In this document: piece by piece, positions 26,440 through 38,400 of the stretch
How positions within the stretch are numbered: the stretch's first letter is position 1
How the letters are laid out: every line of letters starts with the position of its first letter
Source of the DNA: Dendrobates tinctorius
Lineage: Eukaryota
Direction: 5' to 3'
DNA length: 64,000 nucleotides
Assembly (NCBI RefSeq): GCF_039654945.1
Contig: NW_027361682.1
Span: forward strand, 6,634,001 to 6,698,000
Program-made: the position numbers and the translations under genes
The notes under the pieces: generated by a model
The model's database searches: none
What the model saw: the letters and a program-made list of their open reading frames with translations, nothing else
Told to the model about the DNA's origin: nothing

Positions 26440-26700
26440 CTCGATCCAGTCTGTGCAATATTAGAAGAATGTAGAGAATGGTGTGGAAAATACAAGTCAT
26501 ATAGATTTGTTTTTTTGACAACACATATGTCCAAGACTTACACAAGAAACATGTCTCAGTAATAGAGATATCTGGTGTCAAAAACGCTAAGTGTACGGCG
26601 CAGTGTATCTATTCGGCGATTGACACAGTAATCAAACCAAATTTTTTGAAAGCAGAATTGCACATTTATTTTTCCAAAAAAAAAAAAAGAAAAGATTTTA

Positions 26701-28077
26701 TTATGAATGACGTTTGGGGGAAGATTGGGATACTTTGGGGGTGTGGAGAGACAAGGAACGGCTGGAAGTTGAGGAAGGGGTTCTAGGAGAAGGGGCGATG
26801 AAAGTACTGGGGGAAGGGAACTCTGGAATGGACATGGAGGCAATTTGAGACACATTAGGAGGAGAGGGTGGATGGACAAACAAAGTCTTTTTTTTTTTTT
26901 TTGGCGCAGGAGTATCCTGACTGGACCGACTTCCACCGTGTGACCGCCTTACATTGCTCGACCTCCTTGAGCTGGTGGACCGTGGCGTTGACCTGAAAAA
27001 GAGGGAATGTTGGTCGCCCCTCTGATGCTCTGTGGTGGCGGTGCTCCTAGAAGTGGCAGTGGCGGTGCTCCTAGAAGGAGACAAAGTTGTGTCGGTGCTC
27101 CTAGAAGTGGCGGCGGTGGAGGTGATACGAGGAGACAAACTCATGTCGGTGCTCAATGAAGTGGCGGTGATTCTTGGAGACAAAGTCGTGTCGGTGCTCC
27201 TAGAAGGAGGATGCGTGTCGGTGATCAGAGCAGGAGAAGTTCTGGCGGGACTCCTAAGAGGAGAATTAGTGGCTGTGCTCTTTGGATGAGAAGTGGTGGC
27301 GGTGCTCCTTTGATGAGGAGTGGTGGCGGTGCTCCTTTGATGAGGAGTAGTGGTGGTGCTCCTTTGATGAGGAGTAGTGGCAGTGCTCCTCTGATGAGGA
27401 GTAGTGGCGGTGCTCCTTTGATAATGTTGAGTGGTGGTGGCGGTGCTCCTAGACGGAGAAATAGTGGCGGTGCTCTGAACATAAGAATAGGTGTCTGTGG
27501 CGCAAGCATGTTCTGTGGTGGCGGTGCTCCAAGCAGGTGGTGCAGTGGCAGTGGTGGTGCTCCATACAGGAGCAGCGCTTGCCATAGTGGTGGTGGTGGA
27601 GGAGTGTCCAGCAGCACTTGGACTTGGGGTGGTGTAGTGGTGTCCGGCTTGGCTTGGAATGCAGGTCGCCGTGCAGTGGTATGCAGCAGAAGTCGGTAGG
27701 GAGGTGTAGCGAGTCAGCGGTGGCACTGTTGGAAATGCCACTACTGACTGCTGCACATACCGATTCTGCTGCATAGCCTGCAAGTAAGCAGTGTTGCAGG
27801 CCTGCAACACACTCAGCTGTTGCTCAGGACTAAGGTGTTCTGCCATGCCCTTTTCAATTTTACTAAAAAAATGGTGCGCTGGTCTGTTGAGGTCGGCCTC
27901 CAGACGCTCGAAGTGCTGGTCGACAGAGTGGAAGCGGTTTTCCATGTGGTTAAAACCACGTTCCATGAGTGAAAAACCGCCTTCCACTCTGTCGGACAGC
28001 GACTTGAGGCTGGCATGAAAGGCCTCGCTCAAGTGCATAAACTCGGGCAAGACATTCCTTTCCAAGGCCCTCTTCGC
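26701..28077 (-). pseudogene. 5'-truncated Harbinger accessory (Myb/MADF-type partner) ORF with S/T-rich repeat tail
   Basis: 454-codon open frame convergent with the transposase; helical segment PEFMHLSEAF...HFFSKIEKGMAEHLSPEQQLSVLQAC, STATTPHQR repeats, PKKKKK; N-terminal DNA-binding domain absent. Confidence 0.65.
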
Positions 28078-30242
28078 TTCGCTTCAGCTCCTGAAAGGAA
28101 GAAACAGCCTCCGGAGACCAATTCAGCACATCAGCACCCTTCCTAGTCAAATCCGTCAATGGCTTGGCAATACCAGAAAAATTAGCTATAAATTTCCGAT
28201 AAAAATTAGCAAAACCCAAAAACTTCTGGAGGGCCTTCAAAGAAGTGGGCTGAACCCAATCATAAATGGCCTGTACCTTGGCCGGGTCCATTTCAATAGT
28301 TGACGGAGACAAAATAAATCCCAAAAATGAAATCCTCTGTACCCCAAAAAGGCATTTCGATCCCTTGACATACAGGGAATTCTCCCTCAAAGTCCGGAAC
28401 ACAGTCCGAACATGTTCCACATGAGAGTCCCAATTCTTGGAGAAGATCAAAATATCATCCAGATAGATAATCAAAAATGTATCCACAAAGTCTCGGAATA
28501 TATCGTTCATGAAGCACTGGAAGACAGAAGGGGCATTAGTGAGCCCAAAAGGCATCACCAGGTACTCAAAATGTCCCTCCGGAGTATTAAACGCCGTCTT
28601 CCATTCATCCCCATGCTTAATGCGAATAAGATTATACGCCCCCCTGAGGTCAAGCTTGGTAAACCAGCAAGCACCTTTAACTCTGGAGAATAGATCAGAA
28701 ATCAGGGGTAACGGACACTGATATTTAACAGTAATTTTGTTGAGGGCACGATAGTCAATACAAGGCCTTAATGAACCATCCTTTTTAGCCACAAAAAAAA
28801 CAACAGCACCTAAGGGTGAAGAGGATGGTCTAATATGACCCTTCTCCAATGCCTCCTTAATATAGGATCGCATAGCCTCATGCTCGAGTACAGATAAATT
28901 GAAAAGCCGAGCCTTGGGGAATTTACACCCCGGGTTCAGCTCAATAGCACAGTCATAACTCCTATGAGGAGGCAAAGACGCAGACTCATTCTCACTAAAT
29001 ACATCATAAAAGTCAGCCAAATAGTCAGGAACATCATGTGACTGGGGAGAGGTGGAGAAAACAGGAGCATCACTAAGGGCACACCGACAACCCCAACTCA
29101 CCACAGACAAAGATTTCCAATCCAGAACTGGATTATGGATTTGCAACCAGGGAAACCCCAGAACAATGGTATCATGCAAATTATGCAACACCAAAAATCT
29201 GCAATTTTCTTGATGGTCTGGGGCGACCCGCATTACCACCTGGGTCCAAAACTGAGGTTTATTCTTCGCCAAAGGAGTAGCATCAATACCCCTCAAAGGG
29301 ATAGGCGTCCGCAGAGGTGTCATAGGAAATCCACAACGTTTAGCAAAATTCAAGTCCATCAGGTTCAGAGCTGCTCCTGAATCCACAAAAGCCTTGGCAG
29401 AAAATGTGGACAGGGAGCAGATCAGAGTAATTGCCAGAAGAAACTTAGGATGAACACCACCCACAGAAAACGTGTGTGCACAACGTTTCTCTCGTTTAGG
29501 GCAGACAGAAATAATATGCGAGGCATCTCCACAAAAAAAACACAGCTTATTACGCCTTCTGAACTCCTGACATTGCGCCCTAGACAAAACTCTATCACAT
29601 TGCATAGGTTCAGACATTTGTTCAATAGGTGGTAACATCTCTCGTGTAGTTTTGCGTTCACGTAAACGCCGATCCACCTGAATGGCTAATGACAGATTTG
29701 TCAAGACCAGAGGGAACAGGAAATCCCACCATAGTATCTTTTACAGTTTCTGACAAACCCTTCCGAAAGAGGGCTGCCAAGGCACCATCATTCCAGGTAG
29801 TAAGGACCGCCCACTTTCGGAATTTTTGACAGTACAACTCTGCCGAATCCCGACCCTGGCTTAATGCCAACAGGGTCTTTTCAGCCTGATCAATAGCATT
29901 AGGTTCATCATACAACAACCCCAAGGCTTGAAAAAATGCGTTCACATTATTCAGCATAGGATCATCAGGTTTCAAAGAAAACACCCAATCCTGGGGATCG
30001 CCGCGCAGCAAAGAGATGACAATTTTAACCTGCTGCGCGGAGTTCCCCGACGAGTTAGGCTTCAAGGCAAAAAATAATTTACAATTATTCTTGAAATTCA
30101 AGAATTTAGACCGATCCCCCAAAAATACATCAGGAGAAGGAATCTTTGGTTCAGCAGCATGTGAATGAGCAAGATAGGCGGAAATTCCCCGCACTTCAGC
30201 AGCGAGCTGCTCCACACGATCAGACAATTGCTTCATCTCCAT
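28078..30242 (-). pseudogene. Gypsy gag-pol, frameshifted and truncated
   Basis: EPKIPSPDVFLGDRSKF, ISLLRGDPQDW, CFFCGDASHIISVC, FVDSGA, LRPCIDYRALN, MPFGLTNAP, YLDDIL, FLGFANFYRKFI; frameshift at ~29693; ends at FQELKR. Confidence 0.92.
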
Positions 30243-30380
30243 TGAGAGAAAAATTCCCCCTACGGCCTCAGAGATATAGAGGAAAAAATATGCACACAAA
30301 AAAAAAATTCTGACACTTTTTTTTTTACAATTCTCTCCTGCTATTGAGTACCCTAGGATCTGCGGTATGGCTGGTGATTC

Positions 30381-31155
30381 TGTTATGATGAGTCACCGAA
30401 GGAGGAAAAAACAAAATACCAGCTAAGTCCAGAAAAACCAGAGAGGTTGGCAGCTATCGGATTGCAGACCCCTGAACCTATCCACAACAACTAGCAGTAG
30501 CCGTGGGGGGTTCCTACAGTGCCCTAGACCCCTCGATCACAGCCGGAGAACTATATAGCCTAAAGACAGAAAGGGGAAAAACTAAACTGCCCCAGAGCAG
30601 ACCCCAAAGCAATAGGCACACAGATAGAAAGATAGGTTGAGCAAATGATGGGGCCCAAGCTAACTACATAGGACAGGATAGGAAAGCTGCTGTCTGCCAT
30701 CCGCAAAAACCATATCAAAATGAGCAAACCGACTGATAGGAAAAACAGGCCCTGAAGTCGCTAGTCTTCAAAAGACTATATCATCACTCTGGTATATTCT
30801 GAAGACAGAGCAAAATATCAACAGATCAGAGACAAAAATGGAATTCAGCTCACCCCCGGCCGGGGATGGCAGAACTCCCAAAAAACAAGGCAAAACAAAA
30901 ACAAAACTGGAGTACAAAGCAGAGCAGAAAAACTTAGCTTTGAGATGCAGGAATCAGACTGGTCTCCAAGAATCCAGCAGGAAAATCACCAGCCAGGAAG
31001 AAGGGCGTCGGCAGCCTTATATCCAGTCCTCAATTCCAGCCACCCAGTCATCATCTAGCTGCCCAGGTGTTTGGTAATCAGTCTCACTACCTTCCTTCAC
31101 TAGAGGAGGGAGTTCATCAGACCTCAATGGTGAAGGGAAAAATGAACTCACAACA
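30381..31155 (-). repeat. 5' LTR of the Gypsy element (TATA at 31017-31022)
   Basis: TG...CA termini; homologous to solo LTR 56959-57789. Confidence 0.9.
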
Positions 31156-31249
31156 AGGATCACAACCTTTAACCCCAGAAATGCCAGTCATCAGCACTGG
31201 TTCCAGACATTAACCCTACATGTGCGAGTCAAACCCACACTGAGATCAT

Positions 31250-31635
31250 GACAAAAATCAGTTCAAATTGGCGATTGCTAGATTGTTATACATTGCATGT
31301 AAATTAATAGCCAGGCACTGGATAAATGAAGAACCGCCGACGATACAAGAATTTATTAGACAATCAGACTTTATTGTAAATATGAAAAAAGGTATTTATG
31401 ACAAAAGAAAAACGGAAAAAATTTTCAACTCATTGTGGACACTGTGGATGGAGAGTCGATAATCCCAAAAGGAGGACGTACTTCTGAGTATGTCTTGCTG
31501 TTTTTCTATAAAGGGGGAGGGAAGGGATGCGCTGTAATTGAAAATATGTGACCTTGTTGGGCATTTCAATGTCAGGACTTTGTTCTCTGTTTGAATTTTG
31601 TTAATAAAAATGTATCTGATTCAAAAAAAAAAAAA
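31250..31635 (+). mobile_element. 5'-truncated L1/Tx1-like LINE 3' end with poly(A) tail
   Basis: ORF2 C-terminus-like KLIARHW...PPT...KGIY...FNSLWTLW*; AATAAA at ~31603 followed by an A13 run. Confidence 0.72.
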
Positions 31636-31748
31636 TTATTTAGTGCAATAAATTGCTTCCCCTTTCTTTTGTAGATGACTGACTTTACTATAACTTATAT
31701 GTTTTTCTATTACATGTTGTCAATAAGACAATTAAAAAAATAAAATGG

Positions 31749-32488
31749 CTACTTCGCCATGTGAGTTTTCTGATGGCTGTCAAAATGTGTTTTCCGATTA
31801 AAACCTTTCCCACAATTTGAACATGAAAATTTTTTCTCCCCTGTGTGACTTTTCTGATGTATGACAAGATTTGATTTCCGAATAAAACAGCTTCCACAAA
31901 TTGAACATGAAAATGGCTTCTCCCCTGTGTGAGTTCTCTGATGGACAGCAAGTTCTGATTTATCCCTATAGCTTTTCCCACATTCTGAACATGGAAATGG
32001 TTTCTGCCCTGCGTGAGTTAACTGATGTCCAACAAGTCTTGCTTTACTAATGAAATTTTTCCCACATTCTGAACATGAAAATGGCTTCTCTCCTGAGTGA
32101 GTTAATTGATGTCTAATAAAATTTGCTTTCTGGTTAAAACATTTTCCACATTCTGAACAGAAAAATGGATTCTCCCCTGTGTGAATTCTCTGATGCATAA
32201 CAAGACTTGATTTACTACTGAAATATTTTCCACATTCTGAACATTTCACTGATTTCTTCCCTCTGTAAGCTATTTCATTTTCCACAGTACTTTTCTGACT
32301 TTCATTTTGCATATTTGTCTTTGATGAAGCAGAAGTGAGAACCTTTTCAAAAGGATCAAATGGCAGATTTTTTTGGAGAAGAGCTTGAGGTGTATCTGCA
32401 AAAATTACAGGTTCTGGTGTGTTACTACGATTATCAGCTGCAAAATCTGAGAATAGCACATGTCCCTCGGAGCTCCTGGTAAAGTCAT
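31749..32488 (-). CDS. Terminal zinc-finger exon of paralog B
   Basis: Six CxxC-x12-HxxxH fingers with TGEKPF-type linkers; acceptor CAG at 32491-32489. Confidence 0.95.
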
Positions 32489-35400
32489 CTGCCAAGAATA
32501 AAACTGATTTTATTATTTTTATATAACACTGCATTTTAATTAATATTTATTTTTTATATACTTTATATAATTTCCATAAAAACTGTAATAAAATCCAATT
32601 ACTGAAACACTAAGGCAGTAGAGCACAAAGAGAGGCTCATAGTTTATGGTGTTAGGCCACCAGATTATGAGCTTTCAAATTTTCTCTTCTCTATTGTAGC
32701 AATCTTCTCTGTAGGTTCATGTTTCACTGTGTTTGTCACCAATCATTTCCAATTACATTTTCAGAAGAGACTCATAAAGAGACCTCTAATAATTTTAATT
32801 AGGTGATTCCATATCATGTACTCTCTGACAGATACAAGCACCCTAGAATGGGGAAAATAACATTGCAGGAGCAGGACTGGTCATGTACACATTGTTATGT
32901 CTGTCAGAGGCTGCAGACTTATTGAAAGCCACCACGACTGGAACAATCGGGAGGAACTAAGACTTTCATCTCTTAAACCCTGTACAGGGATCTGGTCTTA
33001 CAATTGGGTCAACTTGAATGCTTCCTTGGAAGAGATGCTATCCAGAGAAGTGTACCAGAAGCAAGAGAGTGGTCAGGTAGTCAGGTGAGATCCAGGAGGT
33101 CAATGTAATGCCAAATTTGTAAAAAAGAATAGTAAAAAAAAGTGAGCTAAGGTAAAACAACAGAAACATTTACTGGGAAAGTAGCAAGCCACACCAGTTT
33201 TACAGAAGCAAGTCAGCTCTTAACTGGAAGTGGACAGCAGAATTTTAGGAGCTTAAATTGCTTGCAGCCCCACCCAGACCATACAACAGAAAACAAACAC
33301 AGAGAGTTAATTCAGGGTTACCAACTTACTATGTAAATTTGCCACACCCTCAAATACCATGCCCCAAATGTAAAAAATAAGATGATATATATTTATAATT
33401 ACACCCTGTATATATACACACACAAACATATACATACACACAGAATAATACAGATACAAAGTATTAGACCCAACTAAATCTTCTACATACACACAGAATA
33501 ATACAGATACAAAGTATTAGACCCAACTAAATCTTCTACATACACACAGAATAATACAGATACAAAGTATTAGACCCAACTAAATCTTCAACATACACAC
33601 AGAATAATACAGATACAAAGTATTAGACCCAACTAAATCTTCAACATACACACAGAATAATACAGGTACAAAGTATTAGAACCAACTAAATCTTCTACAT
33701 GCACACAGAATAATACAGGTACGAAGTATTAGAACCAACTAAATCTTCTGCATTTTAGCCCCAAACGCCGTTTGGGAAGCAGCAAAAAACTAACTCTCTC
33801 TCATGAGTAGATGGACCCAGATTCTGAGGAAATTTTTAGAAAGGGTGAACATTGAAAAGTTATATGAGTGGAATGAGGTTATATGAAATGTGTTTTTCAA
33901 GCATGCTTACAAATGGGGGAGCTAGATATTTATTGGTTGATCTGGGGTAGTACATTCCAGAAAATCAACACAAGAGGAGTTTTGGAGATATAAGTGGGAG
34001 ATTTAGATTTTGGAGGATGTGAGTCCTAGGTCAGTTGCAGAATGGAAAGCACAGGAAGCGTGATACACAGAGGGAGGAGATGTATTATGGTGCCGAGCTG
34101 TGGAGAGCTTTGTGGGAGAAAGAAATAAGTTTATATTGTACTCTGCAGTGGAAGGATAAGCAATGCAATTAGTAGCATAAGTTGGAGGCATCGATGTAGC
34201 TGTTGGACAGAAATACAACCCTGGCTGCTGCATTCAGGAAGAATTGGAGAGCAGAAAGTGAACAGTGTCCTATGCAAGCCTTATTAGTGTGCATTGTTTT
34301 TTACTAGGCAGCCAACCCCTCCATAATCTGGTAGGTGTGGGGTGGCTGTTTTTATCAGTAGCTTGCACCTGTGCATGCCCCTTGCTTTTATTAGTGGAGG
34401 CCTACTGTATCCTGCTGGTAATGCATTTATTCATCAGACAGGGTGTTGGAAAGGCCACATCTGTATGGTGTGTGATTTTTTGAATTTTTTTATGTTAGCA
34501 GTTTTTGATATTAGTGTTAGGACTCCCAAGTATGAGGACCTGTGACGTAGGTTGCGAGCTTATCTATTTTGGCCAAAATATTAACCAAGACCTCATTTAA
34601 TGTACCGTATATATTCGTGTATAAGTGAAGATTTTCAGCACATTTTTGTGCTGAAAATGCCCCCTCAGCTTATACACAAGTCATTGTGCCGAAACCAGCG
34701 TGGGAGGGGGAGCGGCGGCAGGAGCTGGTGGCTGAGACATCATACTCACCCTCCTGTGCCATCGCTGAACGTCCCCTGCATCCTCCGTTGTCCCAGGGCT
34801 GGCAGCTTCTTCCTGTGTTGAGCGGTCACATGGTACTGCTCATTAAGGTCATGAATATGGAAGCAACTCCACTCCCATAGGCGTGGTGTCCATATTTATG
34901 ACCTTAATGAGCTGTACCATGTGACCACTCAACACAGGAAGAAGCTGCCGCACCAGGACAACGAAGGATGCAGGGACGTTCAGTGATGGCACAGGAGGGT
35001 GAGTATGATGGGGGGGCATGGAGCAGGATGGGGGAAGCACGGAGCAGGTTGGAGGAAGCACGGGGAGGATGGGGGAAGCACGGAGCAGGACGGGGAAGCA
35101 CAGGGGAGGATGGAGGAGCAAAGGGGAAGCACGGGGGAGCACAGAGCAGGACGGGGGAAGTGTGGGGAGGACAGGGGAGCACGGAGCAGGATGGAGGATG
35201 CACGGGAGCACGGAGCAGGACAGGGGAAGCACAGAGGAGGATGGGGAAGCACGGGGTGGATGGGGGAAGCACGGGGGAGGATGGGTGAAGCACGGGGGAA
35301 GCATGGAGGAGGATGGGGGAAGCATGGAGAATGACAGGGAAAGCACGGGAGAGCACAGAGCAGGATGGGGGAGCACGAGGAAGCACAGAGGAGGGGGGAG

Positions 35401-38400
35401 CACAGAGGAGGATGGGGAGAGCACAGAGGAGGATGGGGGAGCACAGAGGAGGACGAGGTAGCACTGAGGAGGACAGGGAGCTGAGCCATAAATAGAAGGA
35501 TGGGATGGGGGAGCCGAGCCATGCATACTGGGAGGGGGAAAGCCACACAGAGCAGGACAGGGATGAGGGGACAATGCATACCCGGCTTATACTCAAATCA
35601 ATAAGCTTACCCAGTTTTCCGTGGCAAAATTAGGAGCCTCTGATTATACTTGGGTCGGCTTATACTCGAGTATATACGGTATTTATCATTTCTGCATTAT
35701 TTTTTGCACTATTTATTAATATCGCTTTGCAGGATGCAGCTAGGCCTCTTTCTGCTGGCTTGGTTTAATAGGGCGTCTGTCACTATATGGTGCATATTAT
35801 AGTGCTGGATAGCCCACCTGATAAAACTATGGGCGTCATTAATAGGCTTTGAACCAGACACATTGCATTGCATCATACTTATCTGTGTGAACAGCGTCTT
35901 ATGCAGGCCTTATTAGTGTGCATTGTTTTCTACTAGGCAGTCAACCCCTCCAAAATCTGGTAGGTGTGGGGTGGCTATTTTTATTAGTAGCTTGCACCTG
36001 TGCTGCCCCTTGCTTTTATTAGTGGAGGCCTGCTGCATCCGGCTAGTAGTGCATTTGTTCATCAGACAGAGTTTTGGAAAGACCGCATGTATAGTAAGAG
36101 AGCAGAAAGTTTGGTAAGCCGATCAGTGGAGAGTTGCAGTAGTCCAATCGAAAATGAATAAGAGCGACAGTAAAAGATTTTGCAGTTTCAAAGGTGAGAA
36201 AAGGCCGGATTCTGGAGATGTTTTGTAGGTGGAGGTGACATGAGCGAGTGATTGGATATAGGGAATAAAGGAAAGTTCTGTGTCAAATATGACGCCAAAA
36301 CAGAGCATGCTGCTTGGGAGGTATGGTTGAACCAGTCAAGGCAATTTCAACATCAGATCAAAGATCTATGATCTATGTGATTATTGTTATGCTGTAATGT
36401 CTATCGTCTGTAGAAGTCCCCTCTGAAATGTAAAGTGCTGCGGAATATGTCGGCGTTATAGAAATAAAATGTATTATTATTATATTATTATTATATGAGA
36501 GATAGTAGATTAGACTAGAATGTGCCAAGCATTCCAGGAGTTTAAAGATTAAGAGGAGATTAGAGACCGGTCTGTAATTAGCAGTGCAGTTCTGGTGGAG
36601 AGATGTTTTTTTTCAAGTAAAGGGGTTATGATTGTTTGAATGAGGAAGGAAAGAATCCCTTAAGAAAGAGAGAGGTTAAATATTTTAGTTAGGTAGGTAG
36701 TGATAGTTGGGGAGAAAGACTAAAGCAAATGTGAGGGAATAGGGCCTTTGGTGCAGATTCTAGGGTGAAAAGAAGTGAAGAGCTTAGTAAATTCTGGTGG
36801 AAAGTGAACTTGGGGTGCGGCATGGTAGGGGATACAAGCTCAGAGGGGATTCTGTGAAAATGTCTTGACGGATATGGTTGATTTTTTTCTTGGAAATAAG
36901 TGATCAGATCAACAGTACTGAAGTTGGTGGTGGGGCCCTGTACTTTTAGGCTCAGGAGGGAGTGGAAAGTTTTGAATCGTTGTTTTGGATTGTTGGATAG
37001 TATGCTTGTTTGGGAAAGGAGAGTTATAAATTTTGAGTATGAACTTATAGTGAATGAAGTCTTCTGCTGAAAGTGATTTTCTCAACTGATGTTCGGCACA
37101 CCTTAATCACTACTGTTGAAAATGTGTTTGCAGCATATACCAAGGTTGCTGTTGTTTGTTTCATGTTGTTCTGGGTGTAGCTGGTGTTGTCAAGGCTATA
37201 GAGTCAGATTGCCAGGGACATGGCAGAGTCAAGAGGAGGTTTAGGGAGTGGGAACTGAACTAACTTATCCTTTATTTGGTCTGAATGTCCAGTACAAAAT
37301 TGACGGCGTAGGGCCTGGTCATTCTACTGTGAGTCTATGGTTCCTTGCCAAAACTTTTCAAAGTAATCCTCAGCGGTACTTTTCCACTGAAGGAGGGCAG
37401 GCTATTTACTTTTTTTGCCAAAGCTACATGGTTAGGGCCGTTGAACTGGAGCACTAATTTTACAAAATAGGAGTCAACTGTGGAGAGTTCTGGAGAGCCA
37501 GGGAAAAGAGAAAAAGTGCAAAATAAGGGGGGGTCACACTGCAGGAGGGAAATTATAACTCCAACAAGCTGGCTTTCAGAATGAGACAAATGTGAGCGGA
37601 GCCTCAAATGCAGGCAACAACTTTCCCTAAAAAAAAGAGAATTCCTACGGTCACCTGAAAATTGGTCATTTAAGTCAACCTTGACTTCAGAAAAAAAAAT
37701 TAAGGAAAAGTGCTGCAAAGGCTTGGGCCTATCCGATTTCATTATGCTGAAACCAAACGTCAAGATAGTGGACCATCTTGACCTGGTCTTGCATGTTATC
37801 CTTGACTGCATGTAGGTGAAACATATAGCCAGCTATACTGTTATGTCTGTCAGAGGCCACAGGCTCAAAAAGGCTACCTCTGATAAACTTGGTACAAGTC
37901 ACTTCATCTAGCAGAGATTTAAGAGGAACCCCTGCCTTCATCCTTTAACCTCACTACAAGGATCTGGCCTTAAAACAGGTTCCAATAGATTTCTTACTCG
38001 GAAGTGCTGCTGTTTGGAGGAGCGAACCCAAGGCCAGGTCAGTGTCAGTGTACGGACAAAATCAAAGAAGAATAATCAAAAAATTAACCGAGGTCAAAGA
38101 ACAGGACTGTCCACTTGGAGAATAGCAAGGCACAATTACACTGTAATGGTGCTGCAGTGCAGTACAGCATAACCTCCAGTAGTGATGTGTCGTTCGCGAA
38201 CGATCCGACACAAAGAGCCGGCTCCCTGCTGTGAACGACGGGAGTCAGCACCCCAGTGAGAACCACTAAAATCCTTGAATGGCTCTCACTGGGCGTAAAA
38301 TACCGGTGTTCGGCAGATGTAACTCCTCCCACCAGAACAAAACTCCGCCCACTTGCTAGGAACCAATTAGATTGCTTAGTGGGCGGAGTTTTGTTCCGGT

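Larger units (their letters stand above)
23527..28077 (+). mobile_element. Autonomous-type PIF/Harbinger transposon, inactivated and right-end deleted
   Basis: TAA|GGCTACTTTCACACTTGC left TIR; transposase on + and convergent second ORF on -. Confidence 0.85.
28078..31155 (-). mobile_element. Ty3/Gypsy (Tf1/sushi group) LTR retrotransposon, 3'-truncated
   Basis: 5' LTR 30381-31155 (TGTTGTG...CATAACA), gag, CCHC knuckle, protease, RT; RNase H, integrase and 3' LTR missing. Confidence 0.93.
33900..37230 (-). mobile_element. Degraded L2-like LINE fragments interrupted by younger insertions
   Basis: Minus-strand remnants such as [19 protein letters not shown] resemble the L2 at 59.2-61.6 kb. Confidence 0.55.

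Noticed and set aside
29658-29704. Programmed gag-pol frameshift
   Set aside because: The shift lies inside gag upstream of the CCHC knuckle with no slippery heptamer; a small deletion in SMSLAIQ explains it better
27950-30299. Domesticated PEG10/RTL-like gene
   Set aside because: Retains LTR and PBS, has related solo LTRs nearby, and is frameshifted and truncated
34849-35596. Pro/Gly-rich ORFs
   Set aside because: G-rich minisatellite within a MITE
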